From an uncultured delta proteobacterium (lineage in GTDB: Bacteria; Myxococcota_A; Polyangia; Polyangiales; Polyangiaceae), in the NCBI GenBank assembly GCA_963696385.1, contig CAVOKF010000008.1, positions 64,001 to 128,000 of the forward strand: 64,000 nucleotides of DNA, in the 5' to 3' direction. Numbering within the stretch: the first letter of the stretch is position 1; the number at the start of each line of letters is the position of its first letter. A program made the position numbers and the translations under genes. This document shows, piece after piece, positions 39,321-47,478 of the stretch. Below the pieces are notes generated by a model. The model did no database searches, was not told the DNA's origin, and saw nothing but the letters and a program-made list of their open reading frames with translations.

Positions 39321-40303
39321 GGTCTCTTCTCCGTGGGCCGCCTCTCCGGCGGATCCGGCCGCGCGGAGAGACGGCGGGGCCGCTCTTCTGGGGCGCCGGC
39401 GCCGTTGGCGCCGGCCAGCGACTTGGTCGATTGCAAAACGCGCCACGTGCGGTGCTTGCCCCCCACGACCCGCGCATCCCAGAAACCCAAGGCGCGTGCG
39501 GCGAGCTCCGTGCCGATGGCGGCGCCCAGCGCGATCTTGCCGAAGCGATCTTCTCGATGGGCCACCTTCAGGGTCGCGCGCGCCAAAAGGCCACGGTCGA
39601 GGGTGGCTACCTCGTAGCCGAAGGCAAAGTCGAGCCAATAGTGTCCGCGGGCGATGCGCCTGCGTTGCTCGAAGTATTCGCCGAGCGTCTCGGGGCCGTG
39701 ATTGGTCACGATCGCGTCCGAGACGTACCCGAGCTTATAGCCCTTGGCGCGAACGATGTCTTCGATGGAAGCCTCGTCGACGACCGACAGCTCGCTCACG
39801 TATTCGACCAGGTGGGCACGAAACGCGACGATTTCGCCCATCTTGGGAACTTCGAGCGAGACCTGATGGTGAAGGTCCCAGAGCAGCTTGACCATTCGGC
39901 CGACGAGCTTCGACGCGTCGTTGTTCGGAGTCGGCCGGCCTCCGACCATGCCGAAATCGGGGTTCTGGCGGAGGGCAAGCGTCAGTTTTTCGACGACGTC
40001 CGGCTGCAAGTCCAGATCGGCGCTGCACACCACGATGACTTCGGCGCGGGGGTCGCGGAGCTTCAGGTAGGCGTTGATCGCCGCGACCTTTCCCTCTCGC
40101 CGCTCTTGCACATGAACGTGCATGCCGGGCCGACCGCGACCCACGTCGCGCGCGACGTCGGCCGTGTCGTCCGTGCATCCGCTGGCCACCACGACGATCT
40201 CGAGAATGCGTGCCACCGCGACTTGCTGTTCGACGAGAGAGGTGAGCAACCGACGGATGTTGGCGCCCTCGTTGTGCGCCGGCACGACGATCGAAACGTT
40301 CAT
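39317..40303 (-). CDS. Family 2 glycosyltransferase
   Basis: SIVVPAHNEG, VASGCTDDT, GKVAAIN, SADL and QRRRI motifs. Confidence 0.92.
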   Translation of the reverse strand: MNVSIVVPAHNEGANIRRLLTSLVEQQVAVARILEIVVVASGCTDDTADVARDVGRGRPGMHVHVQERREGKVAAINAYLKLRDPRAEVIVVCSADLDLQPDVVEKLTLALRQNPDFGMVGGRPTPNNDASKLVGRMVKLLWDLHHQVSLEVPKMGEIVAFRAHLVEYVSELSVVDEASIEDIVRAKGYKLGYVSDAIVTNHGPETLGEYFEQRRRIARGHYWLDFAFGYEVATLDRGLLARATLKVAHREDRFGKIALGAAIGTELAARALGFWDARVVGGKHRTWRVLQSTKSLAGANGAGAPEERPRRLSARPDPPERRPTEKRP

Positions 40304-41448
40304 ATGGTTTCGGCCGGATCGGCCTCGGCGGGCTGGGCGGATGCGCTGCCGTGGGTCATGTGCAAGATCGCCCCGGCCACGGCGGAAAGATACCAGAAGA
40401 AGCGAAACATGAGACACACGGCCAGCGCCACGCCGGGAGCGAGCCCGGCGAGCCCGAAGAAGAAGACGTAGGCGGCGTCGGCCGTGCCCCATCCTCCCGG
40501 TAGCGCCGGCACGGCGCTCACGATGAAGGCCATGGCCGTGCCCACGTACACCCATGTTTCATCCGCCGGGACCCCTCCGACGGCAAAGACGAGGCCGCGA
40601 ACGACCGCAAATTGGACGGCCGCGACCACGACACTCAGCAAGACGGCGATCGCGACCGCGTGCGGGGCCCGGCGATCGCGAATGTAGGTGAGAATCGGCG
40701 ACAGCAGTGGGCCGAGCCTCGTCGTGGCGAGCCATGCGGGCCGCCGGGCTTCGCCGAATCGATCGCTCCGGAGCCCGATGAAGCCACCGAGCACCGCCGC
40801 GGGGATGAACGCGAGCACGGCTTCGAGAGGCCCCGCGGCCACGACGACGGAACGGCTGCGAAGCGCGTACCCCAGCGCCGCCGCGAGAGCCGCGATGACC
40901 GAAAGGCCAATCGCACGGTCGAGCAGCACCGACGCCACGACAATCGCCGCCTTCGACCGCGCGGCGCCCGGCCGCGGGGCCAGGGCCAGCACCGAACCGA
41001 TTCGCAAGGCATCTCCCCCGAGCCCACCCGGAAGCAAGACGCCACCCGCCTGGGCTTCGACCGAAATCCGCCACACCGTGCCGAGCGCGAGATCGACCCC
41101 GGCGAATCCGAGCAGCGCCCTCCAGCGGGCCGCCCAAGCCAGGGTTCCGGCGGCGTACAGCGCCAAGAGCGCCACGAGCACGCCCAAGCGCGCGCGCGCA
41201 AACGTCGATTCCAGCCCCGGTTCGCATCGGAGCCGAGCGCACTCGGCCGAGCCGAGGGTCACGGGACCCGATCGCACATGCAGAATGCATTGCGCACCGG
41301 TGCGCGAAACCGGCGCGCGAGTGGACGTGGGCGCAAGGGGATCCCAGCAACGGTCACGGACCGGAATGATCCACGCGACGAAGCCGAAGGCGGCGAGCGC
41401 CACGACCCATCGGACGATCCACCCGTGGCCCCGACGCATGCGCGTCAC
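40300..41448 (-). CDS. Lysylphosphatidylglycerol-synthase-TM (flippase-like) membrane protein
   Basis: AARWRALL, LPGGLGGDALR, VLLDR, PGGWGTAD and FRFF motifs. Confidence 0.85.
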   Translation of the reverse strand: MTRMRRGHGWIVRWVVALAAFGFVAWIIPVRDRCWDPLAPTSTRAPVSRTGAQCILHVRSGPVTLGSAECARLRCEPGLESTFARARLGVLVALLALYAAGTLAWAARWRALLGFAGVDLALGTVWRISVEAQAGGVLLPGGLGGDALRIGSVLALAPRPGAARSKAAIVVASVLLDRAIGLSVIAALAAALGYALRSRSVVVAAGPLEAVLAFIPAAVLGGFIGLRSDRFGEARRPAWLATTRLGPLLSPILTYIRDRRAPHAVAIAVLLSVVVAAVQFAVVRGLVFAVGGVPADETWVYVGTAMAFIVSAVPALPGGWGTADAAYVFFFGLAGLAPGVALAVCLMFRFFWYLSAVAGAILHMTHGSASAQPAEADPAETI

Positions 41449-42449
41449 GACTCGGCCGCGACACCGGCGAGTGCGGGCCAGTCGCCGCGTACCGTGCGCA
41501 TGACCCCCTCTTCGTAGCCCACGCGCGGCTGATAGCCGAGCCGCCGCCGCGCCTTCGAAATGTCGAAACGAATGGGCAGCGTCATGACGTCGAGTTTCTC
41601 ATGATTGATCGGCGGCTCGCGCCTTGCGAAGGCCAGCCCCCGATAGGTCGCCACGTCGACCGCGGTCGCCACCGCGCGCGCGACCGAGGTCGGCACGTGC
41701 CGGCGCGGCAGATCGCAGCCGACCGCGCGCGCGACGAGCGCGGAGAGATCGGCCAGCGTCGTCGTCTCGGGACCCGCGAGAATGAAGTCTTCTCCGGCCG
41801 CCTCGGGCATCGTGGCGGCCAGCCAGATTCCGGCGACGATGTCGTCGACGTGCGCGTGGTGCAAGACGTTGTCTCCCGCGCCGACGATTCGGTAGACGCC
41901 GCCACGAATCATGGCCGCCATCTTGTCGAGCATCCCGTTTCGGTCGCCGGCGCCGTAGACGATGCTGGGCCGGACGATGGCGAGTTCGATCCCCCGATCG
42001 CGCGCGGCCCGACGCACCTTTACCTCCGCCTCGACCTTGGTGGCGGCATACATGGTGCGGGGCGCGTACGGGGCATCCTCGCTCACCGGGAGTCGGGACG
42101 GGAACCCATGGACCCCGACCGAGCTGACGAACACGAATCGGCGGACGCCCGCTCGAGCGCCGGCCTCGAGGGTCCGCTCGACGAGGTCGACGTTCGATGT
42201 GCGATAGGCGATGGGGTCCACTCCATGACGGTGACGCACCGCCGCCGAGTGAACGATCACGTCAACCCCGCAGAGCCGCGACGGGTCGGCGATGGCGTCG
42301 TCGAGCGCAACCGTGCCAACCGCCGAGCTTTCGTCCACGACGCGGACGAGCGGCACGACGCAAGCGCCCCGGGCATCGAACCCACGGGCGAGGTGAAGAC
42401 CCAAAAAGCCCGCCGCACCGGTCACTGCCACCGTCCACGGGGTCGTCAT
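41445..42449 (-). CDS. NAD-dependent epimerase/dehydratase (extended SDR)
   Basis: VTGAAGFLG, FVSSVGV, YAATK and RPSIVYG motifs. ATG start at 42449 inferred. Confidence 0.92.
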   Translation of the reverse strand: MTTPWTVAVTGAAGFLGLHLARGFDARGACVVPLVRVVDESSAVGTVALDDAIADPSRLCGVDVIVHSAAVRHRHGVDPIAYRTSNVDLVERTLEAGARAGVRRFVFVSSVGVHGFPSRLPVSEDAPYAPRTMYAATKVEAEVKVRRAARDRGIELAIVRPSIVYGAGDRNGMLDKMAAMIRGGVYRIVGAGDNVLHHAHVDDIVAGIWLAATMPEAAGEDFILAGPETTTLADLSALVARAVGCDLPRRHVPTSVARAVATAVDVATYRGLAFARREPPINHEKLDVMTLPIRFDISKARRRLGYQPRVGYEEGVMRTVRGDWPALAGVAAES

Positions 42450-42530
42450 CGTGGCTGCCCTTATAGCGCGGAGGGCACCCGAACCATGGGGATCGCACCG
42501 CACCGCGCCGCGCGTGTTACCAATGAGCCC

Positions 42531-43067
42531 ATGCAGCTTGCCGTCCGCCCGGGTCGATCGAGGGTGCGCCGGTTCACGGCGCTCGAATTCGCGATCGCGT
42601 TCGCGCTGTCGGGATCCGCGCTCGCGGTCTTCGTGCCCACGTTCCTGCGCGAGGTGCATACCTCGCGCTTCGTCGAGCCGGTTCATGGTCTCGAGCGCCT
42701 CGGCCTCGCCGCGGTGGCCTATGCGCGCGAGCATCCGGTCGGCGAGGCGTTCCCGGCGAGCGCCCCGTTGACCCCCCCCGTCACACCTCGCGGACGATGC
42801 GAGATGGACCCGCCAGGCCTTTGGGACGGCCCGACGTGGCGGGCCCTCGATTTCCGGCCTTCTCTGCCCGAGGAGTCGCACTGCTACGCGTTCGAATTCG
42901 ACAGCACTCTGTCGCCGGCGGCCTCGACGTTCCGGGCGCGCGCTCACGGCGACCTCGATGGCGATGGAATCACGAGCACCTTCGAGGTAACCGGACGCGA
43001 TGTCGACGGGGATGGCCGCGGGCCGGTCCTCGATCCCGGCATGTTCGTCGAGTCCGAGGTCGAATGA
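42531..43067 (+). CDS. Pilin-like protein with a degenerate class III signal
   Basis: Basic leader, then RR|FTALEFAIAFALSGSALAVFVP. C-terminal ARAHGDLDGDGITSTF matches pilin 2 (ADAYGDLNGNGITSDF). Confidence 0.75.
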   Translation: MQLAVRPGRSRVRRFTALEFAIAFALSGSALAVFVPTFLREVHTSRFVEPVHGLERLGLAAVAYAREHPVGEAFPASAPLTPPVTPRGRCEMDPPGLWDGPTWRALDFRPSLPEESHCYAFEFDSTLSPAASTFRARAHGDLDGDGITSTFEVTGRDVDGDGRGPVLDPGMFVESEVE

Positions 43068-44011
43068 AGAGCGCGACCGTGCAGGCGGTCGTGCTCCTCG
43101 CGATTGCGGCGGGGGGAGTCGCCGCCACTCAACCGCGGCTCGCCCGGCAAGCGCACGCGCTTCGCGAGCGCGATCTCGACCTCTACGTGTTCCCGCCACC
43201 GGTCCAACTGCACGCGGCCACCCTCGGCTGGGACGCGGCTGCCGTCGATCTGCTCTGGGCCAAACTCTTGGTCGAGTACGGCACCCATTGGTCGGAGCAC
43301 CGGGACTTCATCGACGTGCCCAAGTACGTCGATGCCATTCTCGAGCTCGAGCCGACCTACTGGCCCGTCTACCGCTTCGTGGACACGATGCTCGCGTACC
43401 GCCCCTTGCAAGGGACCGAAGACGACGTGCGACGCGCTCGCCAGTACCTCGAGCGGGGCACACGCGAGCGCCCGGACGATTGGCGGGTTTGGATGGAGTA
43501 CGGCCAATTTTCGGCATTCATCGCGCCGTCGTTCCTGCACGACCACAAGGAGATAGACGCTTGGCGCAAAGACGGAGCGTCCGCCATCGGCCGTTCGGTC
43601 GAGCTCGGGGCGAGCGCAGAAGGAGTGCTTTCCGCTTCGACGATGCTCACGCGAGCGGGAGCCAGGGACCAGGCTCTCGGCTATTTGCGGCACGCCTACG
43701 CCTTCACGCAGCATCCGGCGATGGCCGAGGTGCACGAGGCCATCGGTCGCAAGCTCGCGGCCTTGCAGGCCGGCGCGTTCCGTGACGAAGCCGACAGGGC
43801 CGCACGCGCGGTACGCACTCGCCAGAGCCGAGAGTTGCCGTTTCTGTCGCTCGACGCTTACGTTTTGATCGGACCGGTCATCGATCCCGCACGATGCGCC
43901 GGCCCGGCCGGGTTCGATGCCCCGGCCTGCGCGCGGGACTGGCCTTCGATCGTCGAAGAAGGCGCCCTCCATGGCATGGCCGAAGAAGAGTCGGCCGAAG
44001 ACTCGCCATGA
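43064..44011 (+). CDS. TPR-like exported protein resembling pilin-associated PilG/XapA proteins
   Basis: AVDLLW, LELEPTY..VY and LERG...PDDWR pattern; translationally coupled to the pilin-like gene. Family assignment is from recalled similarity. Confidence 0.55.
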   Translation: MKSATVQAVVLLAIAAGGVAATQPRLARQAHALRERDLDLYVFPPPVQLHAATLGWDAAAVDLLWAKLLVEYGTHWSEHRDFIDVPKYVDAILELEPTYWPVYRFVDTMLAYRPLQGTEDDVRRARQYLERGTRERPDDWRVWMEYGQFSAFIAPSFLHDHKEIDAWRKDGASAIGRSVELGASAEGVLSASTMLTRAGARDQALGYLRHAYAFTQHPAMAEVHEAIGRKLAALQAGAFRDEADRAARAVRTRQSRELPFLSLDAYVLIGPVIDPARCAGPAGFDAPACARDWPSIVEEGALHGMAEEESAEDSP

Positions 44012-45081
44012 GCACGACGACCGCGCTGGCGTCGACTTGCGGGCAACTCGTTTTGGGCAGCTTCTCGGGATCGATCTTGCCCGACCCGTACGCGCGCGCT
44101 CTCCGGCAACGGCGCCGCTCGGGCGCCGTGCTGTTCGCGTCCAACGTCGAAAGTCCGTACCAGCTCGCTGCCCTCGCGCGAGACGTTCATGCGGCGTGCC
44201 CTGCCCCGCTCTTGGCCGTGGACCAGGAGGGTGGACGCGTCGCGCGATTGCGAGCGCCGTTCGTCCGCGTGCCCGCCATGCGAGCGGTCGCGGCCGGAGG
44301 CGACATAGGGCTCGCCGAGCGAGTCGCGCGGGTCGTCGGCATCGAGCTCGCCGCGGTCGGATTCACCATGAATCTCGCACCGGTTGTGGACGTCCACACG
44401 CGCCCCGACAACCCGGTGATCGGGGATCGCGCATTCGGCGACGATCCCGAGACCTGCGCGCGCTTCGGCCGGGCGTGGATCCGGGGGCTGCAAAGCGCGG
44501 GGCTGTTGGCGACCGCGAAACACTTTCCGGGGCACGGCGACACGGCCAAGGACTCCCACTTCGATTTGCCCGTGGTCGAACAGCCCCGCGAACGCCTCGA
44601 TCGGGTCGAGCTTGCGCCATTCCGCGCGGCCGCCTCAGCCGGCGTCGCTGCGATGATGACGGCGCACGTCGTCTACCCGGCGATCGATCCGGAGCGACCG
44701 GCAACGCTGTCGCCGGCCGTCTGCACTCAGCTGCGCGAGCACATCGGCTTCGACGGAATGCTCGTCACCGACGATCTCGAGATGCAGGCCATTTCGGCGC
44801 GCTGGTCGACCGCCGACGCGGCCGTTCTGGCCGTGGCGGCCGGGTGCGACGCGGTCCTCGTGTGCGGAACGTACGATCGACAGGAAGCGGCGGTCGACGC
44901 GTTGATCGGCGAAGCGGAGCGATCCGCGGCGTTCCGGGCGCGCTGCCAGCAAGCCCTGGCCCGAGTCCTGGAAGCGCGCGGGCGCGCGACCGCGCGTCCC
45001 CTCGGCGACGAGGCGATTGGATCCCTGCTCGACGGGGCGGAATCGCGATCGAAACCGGCCCCCATGGCGATCGATTCTTAG
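44008..45081 (+). CDS. nagZ: Beta-N-acetylhexosaminidase (GH3)
   Basis: AVDQEGGRV, KHFPGHG...DSH and TDDLEM motifs. Confidence 0.93.
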   Translation: MSTTTALASTCGQLVLGSFSGSILPDPYARALRQRRRSGAVLFASNVESPYQLAALARDVHAACPAPLLAVDQEGGRVARLRAPFVRVPAMRAVAAGGDIGLAERVARVVGIELAAVGFTMNLAPVVDVHTRPDNPVIGDRAFGDDPETCARFGRAWIRGLQSAGLLATAKHFPGHGDTAKDSHFDLPVVEQPRERLDRVELAPFRAAASAGVAAMMTAHVVYPAIDPERPATLSPAVCTQLREHIGFDGMLVTDDLEMQAISARWSTADAAVLAVAAGCDAVLVCGTYDRQEAAVDALIGEAERSAAFRARCQQALARVLEARGRATARPLGDEAIGSLLDGAESRSKPAPMAIDS

Positions 45082-45146
45082 GCCGCGGCGTGGATCGCGC
45101 CGAAACTCGTCGAGATGGGCGACCCTCGGGCCCGCGGCCGCCCCGC

Positions 45147-46199
45147 TCAGCCGGCGGCGCGCCGGGATACGACGGCCTCGTCGTCCGCGTCCCGCACGCC
45201 GACGTGCGATCGCTGCGGGCTCCGGCGGCGGGGCGCACACCCCTCGACCCTCGGCAGCAGGCCGGCGTGCAACCGAGCTCCCTCGAGAATGGCCTCGCAA
45301 AGCGTTGCGTAGTCCATCCCCGAGGCGCTCGCGATCTTGGGAAGCAGCGACGTCGACGTCATTCCCGGTAGGGTGTTGACCTCGAGCACGTATTCATTCT
45401 CGCCTTCGGTGACCAGCAAATCGACCCGGCACGCCCCCCCGCACGACAGCGACCGCGCAGCCCGATCCGCGAGGTTCAGGACGCCTCGCAATCGCGTCGC
45501 AGGCAGCCGCGGAGGCGAGACGTATTCGGTCAACCCCGAGGTGTATTTTGCGCGATAGTCGTAAATTTCGCCTTCCGGCACCACTTCGATCGCACCGAGC
45601 ACGCGACCGTCGAGGATCCCGACGTGCACTTCCATCGCGCGTACGAAGCGCTCGACCAGCGCGCAGCCGTCGAACGCTAGGGCGCGATCGAGAGCCGCCG
45701 CGAGTTCGGTCGCATCGCCCGCCTTCGCCAGGCCGATCGACGACCCTTCGCGCTGCGGTTTCACGATGGCGGGGAAGCCGAAGCTGCCATGCACGGCCTC
45801 GAGATCGTCGAGGTCGTCGCGCGTCGCGACGTAGTAAGGCGGCGTAGGAACGTTGTGGAGCCGAAACATCTCCTTGGCCTTGAGCTTGTCCATGGCCAGG
45901 GCGCTCGCGAGAACGCCGCTGCCCGTATACGGGATCCGCATGAGCTCGAGCATTCCCTGAACGCACCCGTCTTCGCCACCGCGCCCGTGGAGGGCCAGGA
46001 ACACGACGTCGACCTCGCTCGCTCGGACCAAGTCGTGCAAATCGGCGTCGTCGGGTGTCCACACGATCTTGACCACCTCGTGGCCACGGCTTTCGAGCGC
46101 TGCGGCGACTCCGTCGCCCGTGCGAAGCGAGACTTCGTATTCCGAGCTCCACCCCCCCATCAAGACCCCAACGCGCCTTCTGCTCACGGAACATTTCAT
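45147..46199 (-). CDS. ddl: D-alanine-D-alanine ligase
   Basis: GGWSSEYEVS, LHGRGGEDG, YDYRAKY and LEVNTLPGMT motifs. Confidence 0.96.
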   Translation of the reverse strand: MKCSVSRRRVGVLMGGWSSEYEVSLRTGDGVAAALESRGHEVVKIVWTPDDADLHDLVRASEVDVVFLALHGRGGEDGCVQGMLELMRIPYTGSGVLASALAMDKLKAKEMFRLHNVPTPPYYVATRDDLDDLEAVHGSFGFPAIVKPQREGSSIGLAKAGDATELAAALDRALAFDGCALVERFVRAMEVHVGILDGRVLGAIEVVPEGEIYDYRAKYTSGLTEYVSPPRLPATRLRGVLNLADRAARSLSCGGACRVDLLVTEGENEYVLEVNTLPGMTSTSLLPKIASASGMDYATLCEAILEGARLHAGLLPRVEGCAPRRRSPQRSHVGVRDADDEAVVSRRAAG

Positions 46200-46389
46200 G
46201 GCGACGACTCCAAGCTCAATCGGTTCATCATCGGTCATGATCGACCCATCGTGGCTATGTCACCGAGCTTCCAGGTCCAGGTCGAGTGGTACGCGCTCGC
46301 TCACGACCGCTCGACTGCGGAAGCGCGGGCGATCCGACCATCGGATAACAGCGCCGTCGTGGGCCGGTCAACTTCGTGGCCACGATCGG

Positions 46390-47244
46390 TCAGTCGATTT
46401 CGACGAGCACCGCGGTGATGTTGTCTTTGCCCCCGCGTTCGTTCGCGAGGTCGACGAAGCGGCGCACGCACTCTACTCCCCCGAGCGCCACGATCGTTGG
46501 AATGTCTTTCTCGCTCAGGTAGCCGTGCAGCCCGTCGCTGCAGAGTAAAAATCGCATCCCGCTGGCGAGCGCAACGCAGCGCGTATCCACCTGGACGTAT
46601 TCGCGATTGCCGACGGCCCGGGTGATGACGTTGCGGTGAGGCGATCGAGCAGCCTCCTCCGGCGTGATGAGCCCCTGCTTGAGCTGCCACGCGATGAGCG
46701 TGTGATCTTCGGTCAGCTGCTCGACGGTCGCGTCGACGACGCGGTAAATGCGACTGTCGCCGACTTGTGCCGTGATGGCATAATCGCCGAGCATCAACAT
46801 GGCACTGATCGTCGTGCCCATTCCGCTCTTGTCGCGGTCGATCTCCGCGATGGAGTACACGAAGTACGTTGCCGCTTGCACCGCACTCTCGAGCAGTCGA
46901 CACGCCGCACGCGAATCGCGCTCGGACAACGGGTCGACCAGCTCGCGCAGCGCTCCGAGCCCTCGCTTGACCATCCCGTACACCGTGTCGACCGCTTCGC
47001 GACTGGCGACTTCACCCGCGGCATGCCCACCCATTCCATCGGCGACGACGTACAGACCGAGTTGATCGTCGATGAAGAAGGCATCCTCGTTCGAGGCTCG
47101 CTTGCGCCCGAGATCGGTCAACGCGTGGCCGGTTCGGCGTAATGGCGCCGGATCGACATCCGCTTGTGTCCCCGGACCGGTTCCCGCGGCGGCGGAGACG
47201 CGAGGCAACTTCACGGTGGGCAGACGGGGGTCGCTCGATGGCAT
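46390..47244 (-). CDS. PP2C-family Ser/Thr protein phosphatase
   Basis: NEDA, VADGMGGH, VGDSR, LCSDGL and GGKDNIT motifs. ATG start at 47244 inferred. Confidence 0.95.
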   Translation of the reverse strand: MPSSDPRLPTVKLPRVSAAAGTGPGTQADVDPAPLRRTGHALTDLGRKRASNEDAFFIDDQLGLYVVADGMGGHAAGEVASREAVDTVYGMVKRGLGALRELVDPLSERDSRAACRLLESAVQAATYFVYSIAEIDRDKSGMGTTISAMLMLGDYAITAQVGDSRIYRVVDATVEQLTEDHTLIAWQLKQGLITPEEAARSPHRNVITRAVGNREYVQVDTRCVALASGMRFLLCSDGLHGYLSEKDIPTIVALGGVECVRRFVDLANERGGKDNITAVLVEID

Positions 47245-47338
47245 CGTCAGTTCGCCAAACTTCACTATATAGCGTGCGGCCTTGGGGGGTAGCGTTCTCG
47301 AACGCAACTTCGGCGTCGGCCGCGACGAAAGCCACCGT

Positions 47339-47390
47339 CGGCATGGGCGGGCGGCATGGGCGGGCGGCATGGGCGGGCGGCATGGGCGGG
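47339..47390. repeat. 13-bp tandem repeat x4 in a divergent promoter region
   Basis: CGGCATGGGCGGG at 47339, 47352, 47365 and 47378. Confidence 0.93.
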
Positions 47391-47478
47391 GCATGGCATG
47401 CCGCGGCAGCGCGTCTTGTCCGGTGCGCGTGTTAGGTCACCGTTCCATACAGAACCCCTTAGGTACTATCGTGCGTGC

